In this document: positions 1 to 11,280 of the stretch, piece by piece
Layout: every line of letters starts with the position of its first letter
How positions within the stretch are numbered: position 1 is the first letter of the stretch
Origin: Lama glama
Lineage: Eukaryota
Direction: 5' to 3'
Assembly (NCBI GenBank): GCA_028534125.1
Contig: CM052816.1
Coordinates: 57,476,001 to 57,540,000, forward strand
DNA length: 64,000 nucleotides
Notes under the pieces: model-generated
Seen by the model: only the letters and a program-made list of their open reading frames with translations
What the model was told of the DNA's origin: nothing
Databases searched by the model: none
Position numbers and translations under genes: made by a program

Positions 1-209
1 TCAAAGTAAGGGCCTTGTGTGAGGCCCTGTCTAGGAGGACAGCTCTGTCCCCTTTGTAATATTCCTAGGTTTATTTTTATTTTCAACTTGTAAAAGTTTT
101 TAAGAACACATCTATCAAGAGACACAGATTATGAATTTACCATTTACCCCTCTTCTTTCTGCACCCTCATGATACAACTTTGATTTCCTTAAAAAAATTT
201 TTTTTAAGA

Positions 210-455
210 AGTAGTGTACAGGGAAGTTAAAGGCAATGCTTTAATGCCAGGCATATCTAGATTCAAATCCTGGCTTTGTCATCTTGGAGATGCCAGTTGA
301 CCTTTGAAATCCTTGGTTTCCTCATCTGTATGATGAAAATATTAGTAGTACCCATGTACTAGGGTTGTTGAGAGGATTAAAAGAGACTGTACTTGTAAAG
401 ACTGTACTTGTCACAGTGCCTAGTACAAAGTAAGCAATCAATAAATGCCAGCTAT
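210..455 (+). mobile_element. MIR SINE remnant
   Basis: MIR core-like text (ttcaaatcctggctttgtc...gtttcctcatctgta...gggttgttgagaggattaaa...aataaatgccagcta). Confidence 0.8.
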
Positions 456-2004
456 TTGGAATGAGTAATAATTTTTACCAGGTGAATTGAAAATAATGCA
501 AATTCTAACATTATTAATAGTATAATAGAGGAAGACAAACTTGTTTTCCTTTAAAAAATGTTTGATATGATAAATGTTTTGAGTGTTGTGTTATACTCTA
601 CTAAAGAGGAGTTGGACACATTGTCTAAGCGCAACAAGACAGAAATAATGGCAAAACATAGTGAGAATGCTACCTAAAAGGATCTCAAATCCAACTCTTT
701 TATGGAGAGGTTGATGGTTGGAAAAGATTGGGTTAGTCTTCTCCTCTCTTAATATGTCTTAAAGGATATTAATCAAAGTTGAAAAACGAAGTTTTCTTCT
801 ATTGCCTGCATTCTGCACCTCTGCCCTGCCATCTAAGTTTTTTCCTTCTGTTTATTTTTGTCTCTGTCTTTCATTTTGGAGCTTTCCTCAAATGTCTGGT
901 GAGACTTGGCTATCCATTCAGACATATTTAAGAGTAAGGCACTGAAAAGCAGATTGTAAGCTCTGTTGTGATGGAGGCATTTGTAGACATGTGGTCATCT
1001 CCATAGTGTGGTGGGGCACTTTTGTGTCAACAACTTTTCTGGTGTTTTGATTAGGAGAAATAAGCATGGCTCCTGGTATTCTGGGACTTAGAAGGGGTTA
1101 TAGGGTTGGAGGTGGAAGGTCTCATTGCTCATTATGCTTAACTCTGATTAGTCTTTTGTTTTCATTTTGGTGCCTCATCCTTGCCCTCTACTGTACCTTG
1201 AGTTCTTAAGTCTGGGGCCTCTCTGGTTCAGTTACTATAGAGAATAAACTTCCCATTTTCCTAAGTTGAGACAAGAAAGTAGTTATCTGGCTTTATAGGG
1301 TAGGATAGAGTTCCAGTGTTCTTTTCAACTGGTTCTCCTGTTGTCAGAGCTGCTCTGCATCTCTGCCTTTTTCAGTACCTTCAATTCCTGAGTCCTTCCT
1401 GGGCTCTCTATATAGAGAGACTCAGCTTGCTTCAGTTGGCGTAGGCCCTTAGATTTCAGGTTTCTCTGCTCTTTTAAACCGCTTTCCACTTCTTCAGCTG
1501 CTTTTCATCTCCACAAATTTGTTAACATTCTTTGTCTGCTGTAATGTCTTTCCAGTTGTCTTTATACTTGTGAATTTATACCTTTAAAAAAATTTCCTTT
1601 ACTGTCATTTTCAGAGGATTTCAGAAAAGAGAAGAGAGAAAAATATGTCTAACACATTAAACCAGAATTTTTGATTCTACTTTTAAAAAGTAGCTGTTAG
1701 ATGATGTACTGGACATAGTTTCATTTTTAATTTTGAGTAAGAAAGATCGTATTTCAATATATATAATTTTTAGTAGGTTAGCAACTGGGAATTAAGTATT
1801 TTAAAAATCAAATTTAAGTTTAGTTCCAGTGATATCTTAGGAGTCGGCTTTTTTTTTTTTAGCCCTTGGGGAACTACATGAAATTGATCCAAATACATTG
1901 CCATGTAATTTTTCATGTTTTGTGTATCATGAAAATTCTTCACAAAATCAATTTATTAATGGATCATCAGCTTTCATAGAACAAAGACATTCTCTCCAGA
2001 AAGA

Positions 2005-2220
2005 TTTATTTTTTAAACACAGAAAGGTTTATTTTTTACTATAACAGTCATTATAGTAAAATTTACAGATTAAGTATATATGCATATCTTTGAAAATGTA
2101 TCATCCCTTGAGACAGAAAATGGGAAAGTCTCTTTCGGACTTCTAGTTTCAGCACCAGAAATTCTGGGGTCACAATATCCAAGCATCCAAAGCATTCCAC
2201 CAAACCATGGGGACTTTCTG
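2005..2220 (-). pseudogene. Candidate terminal exon with poly(A) signal
   Basis: Acceptor atatctttgtag. One frame is open for about 50 codons (ESPHGLVECFGCLDIVTPEFLVLKLEVRKRLSHFLSQGMIHFQRYAYILNL*). AATAAA lies at 2005-2010. Confidence 0.4.
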
Positions 2221-3014
2221 CTACAAAGATATTTATTCATAAATTTTAAAGCAGTAAAAGGTATCCTTGTGAAGTTTTCCCTTGGGGCTCTGAAGTTACA
2301 TGTATGCTGGACTGGCTCCTTTCCCCACCCCTTTCTTCTGCATTTTTAGTTCAATTTTCAGCTACATCTCTCAGCTATTACTTTTGTTTTGTCCTTAGTG
2401 TTCTTTGTTTTTCTTCCTTTAAGAGTCACTAGATTGGCAGTTTGTCAAAAGACCAATTTGTGATTCCGTATGTTATGCTTTTCCTAGCACTCCTGTCAGG
2501 GAAGATTTAAAGAATTCTAAAATGAGGGCTGTCTCTTCTCTAGTTGGCCTGAAGTGGAAGTAGTCATTTGGATTTGCTTTGCTTATGCTGGTAATGATTG
2601 TACAGTCAGAGTAATGAATTTTAAGGCATGAACGCTCTGCCTGCATTTCATAAGACTGTGTTGCCTATGGGGGTAAACATATCTCATGGTCCCTAAGAAC
2701 TGAACAGAAGGAAAGCATTCTAATCTTGGAATTGGATTTTTCTGAGGGGATACATATTCACATAAATTAGAAAGAAAAACCATTAGGAAATTTTATTATG
2801 AAGAATATGTGAGCTGATAAGACATCTAAAAAATCAAAACAAAGGAGTATTTCAGTAACGGTCGTGGATAAGCTACTAATTTATATTTCTTAACACCTTT
2901 CCCATTTCCTCATTTACCTCTTTTTTTCCTATGCAAGTAATATTTTTGCTCAGATATTTTGTGTTTTGTGTTCCTCAGAAGTATGTTCCAATACTATGTG
3001 GAGTGCATACTTAC

Positions 3015-3179
3015 ATTGTTACAAATGGACATAATGCTGGAATTTGGATTGTTGAGGAGGCAGGATGCCATCACATTGGTATTTTGATGATTTACTCTGA
3101 TTCCAGTATAACTTTTTTTTGGTTCAAAGGATTATTTCTTATAAAACATCACACATTTTTTTCCCTCTCACCTCGAGAT
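3015..3179 (-). pseudogene. Candidate penultimate decayed exon, 165 nt
   Basis: Acceptor ttaatttcatctattcag, donor AAT|gtaagt. Stops occur in all frames. Confidence 0.42.
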
Positions 3180-5039
3180 CTGAATAGATGAAATTAAGGC
3201 CCATGTTACAGGTACAAGAGAAATACATATATATTATATATTATACATATAAATTTTAATGATCTGTGTCTATAGAATTTTATTTTACAGAAAACTGTAG
3301 TACTCTGTGCAACAAAATCTAAAGTAGGAACGGCTCAGAAGTGAAAGAAATAAGGTGAAAATATCTCACACAGGTCACACAGGTCCATTTTAGTTGGAGA
3401 AAGTACATCTCTTACTAGGTGAGCTAATGGAAATCTTTCAGTATTAAAGAAAGGAGTAATATGAGCAGATGACTCAAGGCAGTATTATAGAAATCATAGA
3501 GATGGACAGGGCTATGAAAGAAGTAATCATCCCTGGCAGGGAGATTATCTAAAGATGAGAGAGTCCTATTTATTTGGATAGTTGTGTTACTTTAGATTTG
3601 GGGGTTGGGGAAGAAAGCAACCAAACCAGATTTTAACCACCTAAGGCAAAAAGAACTCATTGAATGTATACTGGAGTATTTCCCAAAGAAGAGTTGAACA
3701 ACCTACAGCTTATCTATGCACCAGCAATGTCAGACTCTCTACTTACCTCTTATTTCTACAGACATCTTTCACAGGGAAAATACAGCCATCTGGGACACCC
3801 AAGGTTTATATTTTATGGCTTCAAGCATTAGGGACCGTCTCTCCATCTTTTTTCCTGTGTAAACCTAAATTCCTGGGGATGGAACTTTTTGGCCTTGACT
3901 GACTGAGGGGCCCACAAGTGATTAACTGTGGTTAATAGGAAGGGGTCACATTACAATAGGGCTGCCCTGTTGTGGTTGCATTGTAATGAGAAGGGAAAAG
4001 AGAGAGGGAAGAGCAGTTTCTGGAATAAGCAGAGGAGCCAGTAAGAGTATCTCAGAGTTTTCCACTGGAGAAGTATATCTCCAAATCATCTGCTTCATGG
4101 GATTTAACTGGAAGAGATGATTTGATGCTTGGGCACAAAAATCTCATCAAACTACCAATGTATTCTGGTAAAATAGCAGTACCTGAAGGTTTACCAAGAT
4201 TTATTTTAACAACTTAGATATAAAAAGAGTAGTTTATTAATACTGATTTTATACATTTTCTCTAATGAACTGTTCATTTGGAATTGCAGCTAGAAAACAT
4301 TGATAAATTGAATGCAGTTCTCTCATTTTATAGAGAAGAAGTCCAAAAGGATAAATAACTTGATCAAAGGCACATGGCAAATTAGTGAAAACATTGGGCT
4401 GAAATCCAAGTTTTACTTCTTATCTAGTGCTGATATTTTGATCTTATTATTTGCTTAGGAAGAGTTTATATTTTGCTAAAAAAAATTTAAGGATGATGGG
4501 TTCTTATTTGCACAATCTCTGAGTAAAAATATATATAAATCCCCAGTCTCACTGTGTCCAGTGGCAGCAAGTTAACAGTAGGTCAGAACTTAAGCTCAGA
4601 AATTGAGAAATATCAGTTCCACACAGTGCTTTCTCCCAAGTGAAAGATCAGTTCTGCCCAGAGGTGACTGGCAAATAGATCTGCAGGGAAAGCCAGTATT
4701 TAGGAAGCAGCTTTGGATTCCATCAGCTCTTAAGAGAGTTCTATAATGCTAGATCAGGTTATATCAGATTTAATATGGCAATGATGATCTGATCAGTAAG
4801 AATTTCAAAGCAGAAATTACCAGTAACGGCCTCATGCATAAGGGACAGTCAATAAACATGTAAACAAATATACAGGATAATTCTTGATAGGGATAACTGC
4901 CATAAAGAGAATAAAATAGGGGATGTGACAAAGAGTGATGGGGAGTATATAAGATTAGGAAATCAGGAAAATTCTCTCTGAATTAACGAGTGATTCAAAG
5001 GAAAACTATCAAAATAAAAACTACATATCAATAACTTCA

Positions 5040-6060
5040 ATATTGAAATCAGTCATATCAATAAAAACCCCAAATGATATTTGATAAAATTCAACATCCA
5101 GTCTTAAACACCTTAAAAGTGAGATATAGGGTTGCTCTTTCTTGACATAAAAAAGGAAAAACTAAGAATTTAAACCCAAAATTTCACTTTATGAATGGTA
5201 CAGCAAATCTAGCAACATTTCCCTTTAAGAAAAGAGAACAAAACAAAGGTGCTCTTTTTCACTATTATTTTCCAATATAATGCTGGAAATTATTTTTATC
5301 ACAGTAAGATCTCTAAAAGAAATGAAAACTAAGTATTAGGGGAAAAAGGAAACAAAATGTTATTTCAAGAAATAGAAGATACAAATTAAGCCATTCCCAC
5401 CCTTCAAAAAGCTATTTAAGATATTAAAAGCATTCAGTAAAATGGGAAAATACAAGATAAATCTGTAAACACGTATATCTTTCCTAAATAACCAACTAGA
5501 AATAGTAACTAGAAAGAGATCTTATTCATAATGGCAGTAAATTATAAGATATTTGGAAGTTAATTTGAAATGTTCAAGGCACATAAAATAAACTATAAAA
5601 AAACTTTAATGAAAGAATTAAAAAAACACAAATGAATGCAGAGACAGCATGTCTGTGGCTAGCAGAGATATTTCCTAATTAATGTACAGATTTAACATAT
5701 GCCCATTAAAAACCAAAGAATACTTTATAGAGCTCAGTAAAATGATTACAAAACTGTTTTGGAAAAACAAATAGACAGAATTATCAAATATTACACTATG
5801 GGAAAGAAAACAATGAGGAGAAATTATCTTTTGCTCGGTACTAGAATTTTAAAGTAAATGAATGGAAATGATATGGCATTAGTTCAAAAATGAAGCAAAG
5901 GGTAATGAAAAGGAATAGAAAACCTAGTTTGAATATATTTTAAGTTTTATGTATGAACTCAATCTATCCAAATGATGGAGCAAGGAATCATGATTTAAGA
6001 ATTAGTAAGAAAACCAGATATTAATATGAAGAAAAATCAACATAGACCTTCACCTCACAC
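5040..6060 (+). mobile_element. Ancient L1 (L1ME-like) ORF2 remnant
   Basis: Degenerate L1 motifs tttgataaaattcaacatcca, tacaagataaat, acagatttaac, cttcacctcacac. Confidence 0.65.
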
Positions 6061-6377
6061 TATATTTTTATCCCTTCTGCAAGAAGCTGCCCATCAAGAC
6101 TTTACTGTTTTTGAAAACTAGCATTAAATCATTGAAAAGTTGCCAGCTGTTTTCTTCTTATAAGGGTGGAGTCATCAATTATTTGGAAAAGACTTCCTTT
6201 GTTTTGGGAAAATCACCAGAATGGAGCTTTTTAATTACACAAATGTAGAACAAGTACTCACTTGTGGCTTATGGAGGAAATTGAAGTGTCCTGTAAGCTG
6301 ACAAGTTTGGTTTAGAAGTGTAAATTGGGTTTACTGATCGGCGTATGTACTTTCGGAATCAGAGGGGAGAAATATGT

Positions 6378-7606
6378 CTTTGTGTTGCTAACACAAAGTA
6401 CCAGACAGGGTAGCTTATAAACAATAGAAATTGATTTTTCACAGTTTTGGAGGTTGAAAGTCCGAGATCACCATTCCAACATGGTTTGGTGAGGGCTTTC
6501 TTCCCAGTGGACGTCTTTTTGTTAGCAGATGGAGGGATCCCTAAATTAGGAAGCCCACCAAAATGTGGGTTCTTGCCTCTGGCTGTGAAAGAATTCACAC
6601 AGCAGAGGGGCGAAGTAAACAGCCGCTTAGAAGGGGAAATGGAAGGAAAGTGCTTGAGCAGGGAGAAGGGAAGAAAAGCACCTGGGTGAGGAAGAAAGGT
6701 GCTTGAGAGGGGAGTCATCAACCAAGATGGGTACAAGTACAGATAGCTTTGGCCCTGGTTGGGCTATGTGGACTTTCATGAGAGTCTTCCACCATCATGT
6801 CGACGTTTCAGGTGTGATAGAGCCAATTAGATCGAGTTTTTCAGTCCTTGTCTGGTTATTGTCACAGCAGTCATTAACTGTCATGGCACTGGTGGGTGTG
6901 TCATTTAGCATGTTAGTATTTTAAAATGAGTGTATAATGAGGCTCAAGGTCCACTGGAAGTCAAATCCTTCACCATCTTGGACTGAGCAGGTTCTAACCA
7001 GTTCTTGTTTCTTTGCAGCTGCCTCCTGAGACTTAGATAAGAGTAATTGGTTTCTAATTGAGGGAGGGGCAGGGGTATGATCCTGGGGGCATTAGCCTTG
7101 GTAACAAAAAGGAGCGTTGCTTTTAATTAGAATGCCTGCAATCTAGTACACCCAGCATCCCCCTCAAAAAAACCATCTCCAAAGAGTCTGTTCAGCCATG
7201 AAAATTTTATAGGGAAATGACAGAATAATCTCAGTTAATCGTTGAGATAGGATGTCGGAGTCATCACCATTCCCCAGTGCCTGCTGGCTTGTCCTAATCA
7301 ACTGCTTGAGCCTGCTCTTCTATGACTCCAGGAAGCCTGGGAGGCTTCAGGTTTTCTATGAACAAGAGGCAGGGGTTGGGGGTGCCCACAGGGTCCTGCT
7401 CCCTTTCACTTTCATTGTATCTTCATATTGTGGAAGGGGCTAGGGATATCTCTGAAGCCTCTTTGATAAGGCACTAATTCCATTTATGAAGGCTCCTCCA
7501 TAATTTAAGCACCTTCCCAAAGGCTCCACCTCCTCATACCATCACATTGGGTATTAAGATTTCAACATATAAATTTTGAGGCAATTCAAACATTCAAACT
7601 ATAGCA
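6378..7606 (-). mobile_element. MaLR LTR (MLT1A-like) split by a younger LTR
   Basis: gcttataaacaatagaaattgatttttcacagttttggagg at the left and aaggcactaattccatttatgaaggctcc...caaacattcaaactatagca at the right. Confidence 0.8.
6520..7408 (-). mobile_element. Solo ERV1-type LTR inserted in the MLT1A
   Basis: TG...CA termini flanked by ctttt/ctttc (TSD-like). Contains the gggttcttgcctc...gaaagaattc motif typical of ERV1 LTR ends. Confidence 0.7.
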
Positions 7607-7978
7607 CCATGGAATATGGATTTAGGCTGAACTGTCCTTGTAAAGTATTGTTAATTTTGGAAAAGATGGTATAGAATAGAAAAGAAAAGAAAAGGAAGAA
7701 AGAGAAAGATTAGATAGTGTATGTGTTTTGTTCAACTAATTGCTTACAAGAGATTGTCATACTGGACTGTGCCAAGAGGTTGTATAGACCTGATCTCTTT
7801 ATGCTGGAGATAAAAAGTGGGAAAGGGAGTCATTAGGACTGGACTCAGTACACTAATACTTAGATTGGACCATTAGTGCCCTTCATATAGTGTTAGGACA
7901 AAATTACTCAGATCTGGGAAATGCACTGCCACATTGGGTGTTCTAACTCCTTCTAGCAGTAGTACACTGAGCTACTGG

Positions 7979-8103
7979 GTTTTTTTTGTGGGGGAGAGAA
8001 GGTAATTAGGCTTGTTTATTTTTTAGAGGAGGTACTCGGGATTGAACCCAGGACCTCATGCCTGCTAAGCATACGCACTACCACTTGAACTATCCCCTCC
8101 CCC
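7979..8103 (-). mobile_element. tRNA-Ala-derived SINE (camelid Vic-1-like)
   Basis: Reverse-complemented A/B boxes (gggattgaacccaggacctc...actaccacttgaactatcccctcccc), poly-T tail, flanking 17-bp direct repeat ctagcagtagtacactg (7953-7969 and 8104-8120). Confidence 0.85.
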
Positions 8104-8936
8104 CTAGCAGTAGTACACTGTATTGTTTTTATTTCATCCCTGAATCTACAGTGTATTTTGTTAATTGTTTTATTTTTGCTGTGCCTTGGAGAATTAAAGG
8201 AAATCTGTGTCCATGCTAGGAGAGAAACTAGTTGGGTAGAGTAGTATTCTGGAGAAGCTGGTTATCAGATGGCAGGAGTGACCTGCTAGACTCCAATAGT
8301 GGTGACAAATGATCAGGAAAACTGATTTATGGAATGTGTAATAGGTCTATGGGAGGGAAATCTACAGGAAGAATGGGTTTCTTACAGCTTATGGATACAG
8401 ATTCATAGTTTTTGTACTTTGGCTATTAAAGAAAATGTGACCTTGTTATGTAATCCCACATTTGTGTGGTCTGTGGATTATTGAGGCCAAGTCATTTGTT
8501 CCTTTACTTATTCATCCATCCCACAAATATTTATTGGTTGCCTATTATGTGCTGGGACTGAGCCAGGCATGTAGATACATTGATGACTAACAGAGTCCCC
8601 GCCCTTTAGGAGAAGACTCCTGGAAGTTAAATACTAACAAATCAAATTGTAAGGAGATGCAAAGGGAAATAGGAGAGGAAACGGAGAAATGAAAAAATAA
8701 TAGATGGATATATATTACTATGTAAACATTTAAATATCTATAAAATGAAAATCAATAAAGAAAGCTAAAAAATAAAGCAGACTGAGGAAATTACTTGTAC
8801 TAAATATGCCAAGTGAGCTAATGAAATTTTAAGTACACCAGTCTTTAGTGAAAGCTAAAGCCCAACACCAAATCCCTAAAGAACAAAAGGACACTAATAG
8901 CATTCCAATAAGAGAAAACTTAAAAATATGCCTTCA

Positions 8937-9072
8937 GAGGGGAGGGTATAGCTCAGTGGTAGAGTGCACACTTAGCACACATGAGGTCCTGGGTTCAATT
9001 CCAGTACCTCCATTAAAAAAAAAAATTTGTAAAGTAAATAAATAAATAAACCTAATTACCGCCCCTCTAAAA
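8937..9072 (+). mobile_element. tRNA-Ala-derived SINE (camelid Vic-1-like)
   Basis: ggggagggtatagctcagtggtagagtgc...gaggtcctgggttcaattccagtacctcca followed by an A-rich tail and aaacctaattacc. Confidence 0.9.
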
Positions 9073-9359
9073 TACTTTCAATAGCAATTAAGTAAATTTT
9101 CCTAAAACAACAATAAGCTAATATCTCTCACTTAATGAATTTAAAAGTGTGTATCAGAGAAGTATAAGAAAAATCATAACATTTAAAAGAGGTTATGGAA
9201 AAATAAGCATTGCCATTGCCATTGTTGTTATAAATTAATTCTTAAATCTTAAATTCTTAATTTAATTCTTAAAAACTGACTTAGCATTAAATATTGACAG
9301 CATAAAAATATAAATGCCCTTTGACAACTGAAGATTCATCCTAAGACAAAATTTCACTG

Positions 9360-9595
9360 TTAATAGTCATCACCATCTAGAATGCTTACTTCATGCCAGG
9401 CACTTTTCTAAGTGCTTGACATATATTAACTCATTTAATCTTCATTGCAGTTATATGAAGTAGGTACTTTTATTTTCCCCATTCTATAGATGAGGAAACT
9501 GAGGGACACCAAGTTTAAATAAATTGCTTAAGATTACATGACCAATGGCAGAGCTGAGATTTGAAGCTCCTGGGACTGTATTTATAATCGCTGCA
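9360..9595 (-). mobile_element. MIR SINE remnant
   Basis: tgccaggcacttttctaagtgct...ccccattctatagatgaggaaactgagg...gcagagctgagatttgaa. Confidence 0.8.
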
Positions 9596-10126
9596 TCATG
9601 ATATTTCAATGAAAGGAAAAAGTGCTATATAAAAAGATGCTTGTAGCATCATCATTAATAATGTAAAAAAAAAAATTGGGGCAAAACTACACGTTCCACA
9701 AGGGGAATGGTTAAATACTCATTCAATAGATTCAACGAGAGTTGTTCAGAACTTTTGTTTTCCCAGGGTGTAATAGTACAGGACACCAATTTCACAAAAG
9801 TGTTACTTGTCGTTTTGCAAACCCTTTCTGTGTCCCTATATCTTTGAGCCATTCATAAAGATCAGGAGGCCCTGTCCCAATTGGGCACTCTATTATTTGC
9901 TGCTGCAGCAGCTCGTGGCTCCATATATTATGTCATTAAATGGACTGAATGTGGCTAGAGTGAAAGTTCTTTAAGCGTATAAATTACCATCTTCCCTGGA
10001 TACTTCAGCTACATTTAATGAACTCATACATTACTTTGACCTCATGCTCTCACCCTTGTTACTTCACCCAAGTAAAGCTGTTTCTTACCATAAATATATT
10101 CACTTAGTTATCAACAGATTTCTTAC

Positions 10127-10162
10127 CTTAAAGGGCTGTGAAGATCTAAGTAGGGTTTTGTG
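10127..10162 (-). pseudogene. Candidate 36-nt micro-exon
   Basis: Branch consensus CACTAAC, acceptor atttacag, donor AAG|gtaaga. Spliced to 10718-10755 it stays open in two frames (NFINPLIFSYSKCTKPYLDLHSPL or LHKSTNFFIFKMHKTLLRSSQPFK). Confidence 0.5.
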
Positions 10163-10304
10163 CTGTAAATGTTAGTGAAAGAGCTTCAAAATATTAAAAG
10201 CAATTTTATTTACACAGAAGCAGAAGAAGAAACAAGATAAAGAGAAACAAATTATGTAGTTTAGCATGTCTTTTCATATTTTTTCCTATTAATTATAAAA
10301 ATAA

Positions 10305-10560
10305 TACATGCCATTTAATAGATGTCTACCATGTGCCAGTAACTATGCTAAACTCTCTACATAATTTATTGCTTTTAATTCTCTCAACAGCCGTAAAAGT
10401 AGGTATTATTTATTATCACTATGTCACAGATGAAAACACAGAAGCTTGGAGAAGCTGAGTAACTTGCCCCAGGTCACACAATTCATAAATGGAAGAGGCA
10501 GGACTTAATCCCAGATCTGTCTGAATCCAGAAATCAAGCTGTTGATCATACCAATACTAT
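10305..10560 (-). mobile_element. MIR SINE remnant
   Basis: ctaccatgtgccag...acagatgaaaacacagaagcttggagaagctgagtaacttgccccaggtcacac. Confidence 0.8.
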
Positions 10561-10717
10561 CTTTCCTTCCTCTTCTTTTCCAAAAATAAATTTAGATTTA
10601 CTTTCTCTAATGTTTAGTTCTATGATGAAGTTCTAACTCTCTGGTTACAAATAGCATTATAACCAGTTGCCTTGGAAATGAAGAGGGTATCATAAATTAA
10701 ATCTAGAAGTGGCTTAC

Positions 10718-10755
10718 CATTTTGAATATGAAAAAATTAGTGGATTTATGAAGTT
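10718..10755 (-). pseudogene. Candidate 38-nt micro-exon
   Basis: Acceptor ctctctttacag, donor ATG|gtaagc. Confidence 0.45.
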
Positions 10756-11280
10756 CTGTAAAGAGAGCCTTGCTGTATGATGAAATAAAGAAGAAAAACC
10801 AAGTAAGGGAGTGTAAAAGTGGAATAGAGAATACTCCCTCAACAAATGTACATGTATGTTTTACATGTACATTTATATTTACTAAAAAGGACTATTATAT
10901 ACAATAAATGCTAATTCCAGTAGGGAATGAAAATTTGAAATTATCTAAATATAAACTGATTTCTGCAATTGCAGCTCTTCTTCCAGAAGTATCCCTTTTT
11001 TCCTTCTTCTGCTGGCTCAACCATATAAAATGCAGCCATACACACAGAAATCTCACTTATACCAAAGACTTTGTCATCTAATTCAAAGGATAGCACCTGT
11101 TCTGGAGTGGTCAGTTTTACCATTTTTGATACCATGAGTAACTTCCAATAGTTCTCTTACTTTTCTTCCTTCAGCTTATTTTTTAACTTGAGAATAAAAA
11201 GTTCCTACAAATGTAGGCAACGACTGATTATTATGAAGCCATGAAATAAGCAGCCACCATAATTGATTTTAAACCTATTC

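Noticed and set aside
8937..9012. tRNA-Ala-like gene (also at 45109-45190, 8030-8103 and 59764-59832)
   Set aside because: Mismatched stems, A-rich tails, TSDs on some copies and multiple diverged copies indicate SINEs, not tRNA genes.
10941..11135. ORF MVSKMVKLTTPEQVLSFELDDKVFG as another host exon
   Set aside because: Plausible position, but no convincing acceptor and ambiguous frame and donor, so not called.
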